A stretch of DNA of 64,000 nt from Polyangiales bacterium (GTDB lineage: Bacteria; Myxococcota_A; Polyangia; Polyangiales; JADJQN01), in assembly GCA_964202905.1 (NCBI GenBank), contig CAXNJO010000001.1, positions 320,001 through 384,000 on the forward strand, in the 5' to 3' direction. This document shows, one piece after another, positions 60,186-64,000 of the stretch; the stretch's first letter is position 1; every line of letters begins with the position of its first letter. The notes under the pieces were generated by a model that worked only from the letters and a program-made list of their open reading frames with translations, did no database searches and was not told the origin of the DNA. The translations under genes and the position numbers were made by a program.

Positions 60186-61250
60186 TCAGAACAGCGCGCC
60201 CTGCGGGTCGTCGGCGCAGGCGAGGATCTTCCGCGTGAGCGTCGAGACGCCGACCTCGGCGAGCGCTTCGGTGCGCAGCGCGCGCGCGTCGTCCGCACCG
60301 TCGCGGAGCCGCGCGCCCGTCGCCCGCCACACCTCGACGAAGAGCCGGCGGTGCGTGAGCACGTGCACGACCTCGCCCGCCTTCGCGCGCTCGAGCCGCG
60401 CGGTGATGCCGGCTTCGCGCAGCGCCTCCTTCGCCGCGTCACGCCCCTCGCCCTCGCCCATCGGGAGGCCATGGAGCCCGCCGAAGAGCGCCTCGCGTCC
60501 CCGCACGAAGATGCGCGCCGCTGGGTCCTCGGAGGTGCGTGCGGCCACCGCGACGAGGCGCACGGGCGTCGGCGCCTTCTTCGCGCGCGGGACGGGCAGC
60601 TCCGCCTCGCAGCCCGCCGCACGCGCCGCGCACGCGTCGCGCACCGGGCACTGCGCGCACGCGGGCTTCTGCGGGGTGCACACGGTCGCACCGAGCTCCA
60701 TCAGCGCCTGGTTCAGCGCGCCCGGACGCACGCCGCGCACGAGGGCTTCGGCATGCGCCCAGAGCGCGCGCTCGGTGTCGCGCTGGCCGAGCGGCGTCTC
60801 GATGCGCACGAGGCGCGCGAGCACCCGCGCGACGTTGCCGTCGACGAGCGGCTCCTCGCGATCGAAGGCGATCGAGCCGATCGCGCCGCACGTGTACGCA
60901 CCCACGCCGGGCAGCGCGCGGCGTGCCTCCGCGTCTTCGGGGACCCGCCCGCCGTGCCGCGCGACGACCTCGCGCACGCCGGCATGCAGCAGCCGCGCAC
61001 GGCGGTAGTAGCCGAGCCCGCTCCATGCGCCGAGCACCTCGTCCTCGCTCGCGTCGGCGAGCGCTGCCGGCGTCGGAAAACGCGCGAGAAAACGCGCGAA
61101 ATAGGGGATCACCGTCTCGACGCGGGTCTGCTGGAGCATCACCTCGGAGACCCAGATCGCGTACGGATCGCGCGTGCGGCGCCACGGCAGATCGCGCGCG
61201 GCCGTGTCGTACCAGCCGAGCAGCGCGGCGCGCACGCGGGACGTCTCCAT
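60186..61250 (-). CDS. mutY: A/G-specific adenine glycosylase
   Basis: 'RDLPWR', 'VSEVMLQQT', 'WSGLGYYRRAR', HhH 'LPGVGAYT', 'CTPQKPACAQCP...C'. Confidence 0.96.
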   Translation of the reverse strand: METSRVRAALLGWYDTAARDLPWRRTRDPYAIWVSEVMLQQTRVETVIPYFARFLARFPTPAALADASEDEVLGAWSGLGYYRRARLLHAGVREVVARHGGRVPEDAEARRALPGVGAYTCGAIGSIAFDREEPLVDGNVARVLARLVRIETPLGQRDTERALWAHAEALVRGVRPGALNQALMELGATVCTPQKPACAQCPVRDACAARAAGCEAELPVPRAKKAPTPVRLVAVAARTSEDPAARIFVRGREALFGGLHGLPMGEGEGRDAAKEALREAGITARLERAKAGEVVHVLTHRRLFVEVWRATGARLRDGADDARALRTEALAEVGVSTLTRKILACADDPQGALF

Positions 61251-61324
61251 CGCGCGCCGAGCCTGCCACGCCGCGGCAGCGAGGCGCGAGCCCGCGTGTG
61301 ACGCGAGACGCTATGCTCCGGCCG

Positions 61325-61906
61325 ATGTCCGGCGCCCCCGCTCGCATGCCCGCACCGCTCCGTCTCTCCTCGCTTCTCGCGCTCGGCGCGCTCGCACTCG
61401 TGACGGTCGCCTGTGGTCGCGGAGGCGACGCGCGACAGAGCCGCGAGCGCACGTCGTCGACCGAGACCGCCGCCGCAAACCCGAGCGATCCGGCAAGTCC
61501 CGCGCTCCCCCGCGAGACACACGCCGGCGAGGGCGGCGGCCTCGCCGTGCACGGCGATCCGTCGCGCCCGGGTCGCGCCGTCGGACTGCGCATCGCGAAC
61601 ACGGGAAGCACGACGCTCTCCATCGACTCGGCCCTCACGCTCGAACACGAGTCCGGAGGGCGCTTCGTCCCGCTCGAGGCCATGGGCCGCGTGACGTTGC
61701 GAGGGAACTGCACCGCGGCCGCGCCCCGCTGCGTGCCGCTCGCGCCGGGCGCGGAGATCTTCCCCCCCGACTGGCTCGGCACGACGGGCGACGCGCAGTG
61801 CGCCTGCGAGGAGTGCGGGCCCGCCCCCGCGGGGCGCTACCGCTTCGTCGCGAAGAGCTGCGACGGGGCGAAGACCTACGCGGGCGAGCCGTTCGCGATG
61901 GAATGA
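61325..61906 (+). CDS. Hypothetical Cys-containing lipoprotein
   Basis: 'LGALALVTVA-C'; 'CVPLAPG', 'QCACEEC', 'AGRYRFVAKSCDG'. Confidence 0.7.
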   Translation: MSGAPARMPAPLRLSSLLALGALALVTVACGRGGDARQSRERTSSTETAAANPSDPASPALPRETHAGEGGGLAVHGDPSRPGRAVGLRIANTGSTTLSIDSALTLEHESGGRFVPLEAMGRVTLRGNCTAAAPRCVPLAPGAEIFPPDWLGTTGDAQCACEECGPAPAGRYRFVAKSCDGAKTYAGEPFAME

Positions 61907-61980
61907 ACGCGGCGCGCAGCGGCCTCCTGTGCGAGGCCCACAGCGTCCTCTGCGAAGCCCGCGAAGAAGGGACCCCGCCG

Positions 61981-62538
61981 ATGAGTCTCACGCACGCTCT
62001 CCTCCACGCATCGCGCCGCGAGCTCCGCGCGCGCATCGTCGAGGGCTACCCCGTCGATCCGGACGCGCTCGCGGGCTGGGCGTACCGCGGCGTGAGCCTC
62101 GGCCTGCCGCGCTTCGTCGAGCGGCTTTCGTGGAAGACGTTTCAAAAGACGTTCTGGCGCTGTCCGCGCACGGGCCGCCTGCTCGGGTGGAACGTGGGGC
62201 TCCACCAGGACGGCGTCGACGCGCCGAGCCGCCCGCTGCTGCGCGACGGCAAGCCCGCGACGCGCTGGCACTACGAGGTGATCGAGCCGCGCGGCGTGCC
62301 CTTCCCGCGGGGCTTCGATCGCGGCCTCATCATCGACTACGGGCGCGGCGAGAACCCGCGCTTCGATCCGACGCGCCTCATGAAGGATCCGCTCGTCGCG
62401 CTCGCGCCGGGCGACCCCGATGCGCTGCTCGGCATGAGCTACGCGGTCGTCGGCGGCGTGTGTCTCGAGACGCCGTCGTACTTCACGCTCGAGCGCGAGC
62501 ACCGCATCGACCACGTGCCGTACGCGGAGGCGCCTTGA
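61981..62538 (+). CDS. Hypothetical protein (GMC-oxidoreductase neighbour)
   Basis: Natural composition 'WAYRGVSLGLP...SWKTFQKTF...GWNV', 'DPLVAL'; GAAGGGA RBS. Confidence 0.7.
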   Translation: MSLTHALLHASRRELRARIVEGYPVDPDALAGWAYRGVSLGLPRFVERLSWKTFQKTFWRCPRTGRLLGWNVGLHQDGVDAPSRPLLRDGKPATRWHYEVIEPRGVPFPRGFDRGLIIDYGRGENPRFDPTRLMKDPLVALAPGDPDALLGMSYAVVGGVCLETPSYFTLEREHRIDHVPYAEAP

Positions 62539-63084
62539 AAACAAGCACGTCGGGCTGGCTCGGGCGCGCGCTGCGACGGCCACTCTCCGCGGGCGAGCGT
62601 GCGCGCCTCGTCCGGGCGCTCGCTGCGGTACTTCCCGCTGAGCGCGCGGGGCTGCAGGCGCTCGACGCGCTCGATCACGCGGCCTTCTTCGCCGCGATCG
62701 AGGGCACGACGGGGCCGACCTTCCTGCCGGGGCGTGCGCAGGCTCGGCGAGGTGCTGCTCGCCGCCGGCGCCGTGGAGGTCAACCCGGGGGTGCCGGGCT
62801 TCGACGCGGTCGTGCGCGACCCGCGTCGCATGGCCGCCATCGAGGACGAGGGCCCGCTCGACGCGCGCGCCTATACGATGTCGATGACGCACCTCTTCGG
62901 CACCGCGCGCCTCGGCTCCGATCCGGCGCGCTGCGTGGTGCGCCCGCACTTCCGCCACCACCGCGTGCCCGGGCTCTACGTCGCCGACTCGAGCGTCTCC
63001 CCGACGAACCCCGGCGTGAACCCGCAGCGCTCGATCATGGCGCTCTCGCAGCGCTGCGCCGACCGCGTGCTCGCGGCGGCGTGA
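62535..63084 (+). pseudogene. Deletion fusion: N-terminal fragment joined to a GMC oxidoreductase C-terminus
   Basis: GMC C-terminus 'THLFGTARLG...GLYVADSSVSPTNPGVNPQRSIMAL' with no GxGxxG FAD-binding N-terminus; frame switch near 62730. Confidence 0.7.
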
Positions 63085-63121
63085 GGCGCGGATCACCTTA
63101 TTTTCGAAGGCGATCCGACGA

Positions 63122-64000
63122 TCAGGCGAGCTCGAGGAAGAGCCGGTCGGGCTCCTCGAGCATCCCGATGATGTCGTAGGCGAACGCGGCGCCGACGTGC
63201 CCGTCGACGATGCGGTGATCGAAGGAGAGCGAGAGCAGCATCACCTCGCCGATCACGATCTGGCCGTCGCGCACGACGGGGCGCTGCTTGATCTGGTGCA
63301 CGCCGAGGATGCCCACCTCGGGGAAGTTGAGGATGGGCGTCGCGAAGAGCCCGCCCTGCTTGCCGAGCGAGGTGACGGTGAAGGTCGAGCCGGAGAGCTC
63401 GGCGGAGCTGAGCGTGCCCGCGCGCGCACCGCGGCCGAGGCGGTCGATCTCGCGCGAGACCTCGAGGATGGAGAGCGTGTCCGCGTCGCGCACGACCGGG
63501 ACCATGAGGCCCTGATCCGTCGAAGCTGCAATCCCGATGTTGTAGTAATTCCGTGTCACCAGCTCGTTGCTGACTTCGTCGAGCGCGCTGTTGAGGATGG
63601 GCGCGCGCTTCAGCGCGGCGACGACGGCCTTCACGATGAAGGGCAGGTACGTGAGCTTGATGTCGCGCGCATCCGCGTGCGGCTTGAGGCGCGCGTGCAG
63701 CTCCTTGAGCCGCGTGACGTCGCACTCCTCGACGAAGGTGAAGTGCGCGGCGGTGTTCTTCGAGGTCTGCATCCGCTCGGCGATCTTCCGGCGGACCCCC
63801 ACGAACGGCTTGCGCGTCTCGCGCGCGGTCTGCGCGGGCGTCGGCGCGACGACCGCGATCGGCGCACGCGCGCCGCTCGTGCCAGGCGCAGCGGCCACGG
63901 ACGCAGCGGCCCCGACGCCACGCACCGTCGCGGGGACCTGCGCGTACGCGTGCGACTGCGCGTCGGGCGCAGGCGCGGCGGCGTGCGCGGCGCCGCCCGA
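63122..64000 (-). CDS. 2-oxoacid dehydrogenase E2 dihydrolipoamide acyltransferase (5' end beyond the window)
   Basis: 'GLMVPVVR', 'GSTFTVTSLG', 'TPILNFPEVGIL', 'LSFDHRIVDG'. Confidence 0.93.
   Translation of the reverse strand, partial: SGGAAHAAAPAPDAQSHAYAQVPATVRGVGAAASVAAAPGTSGARAPIAVVAPTPAQTARETRKPFVGVRRKIAERMQTSKNTAAHFTFVEECDVTRLKELHARLKPHADARDIKLTYLPFIVKAVVAALKRAPILNSALDEVSNELVTRNYYNIGIAASTDQGLMVPVVRDADTLSILEVSREIDRLGRGARAGTLSSAELSGSTFTVTSLGKQGGLFATPILNFPEVGILGVHQIKQRPVVRDGQIVIGEVMLLSLSFDHRIVDGHVGAAFAYDIIGMLEEPDRLFLELA

Overview
A very GC-rich chromosomal segment, most likely from a myxobacterium (Myxococcota, probably Polyangiales/Sandaracinaceae-like). That assignment is inferred from a MYXO-CTERM sorting signal, Cys-rich myxobacterial repeat proteins, D-x-G linker lipoproteins and an ftsB-linked TM-GAF-GAF-GGDEF cyclase. 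Housekeeping genes include yciH, rel, trpS, prs, ftsB, hrcA-grpE-dnaK, murB, serS, purU, mutY and a partial 2-oxoacid dehydrogenase E2. There is also a tyrosine catabolism cluster (FAH, maiA, hppD, hmgA), a TetR-MFP-RND efflux unit, a CPBP-patatin-GDPD operon and many surface or lipoproteins. Several genes carry single-base frameshifts typical of long-read assembly error, and three loci look deleted internally. No tRNA, rRNA, CRISPR array, transposase or integrase was seen. The top finding is a ~2,250-aa surface protein in which a vWA/Cys-repeat adhesin ending in MYXO-CTERM continues without a stop or a new start codon into a lipoprotein signal peptide and a second Cys-repeat/FGE-sulfatase protein. 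This suggests a polyprotein cut into two anchored surface proteins. Also notable are a PPMPPP/DLG-repeat lipoprotein translationally coupled to a JmjC hydroxylase, an FHA-HTH regulator lacking its AAA+ domain, and a recurring TGAAC-N-TTCA palindrome. All product calls come from motif recognition by eye; no database search was run.
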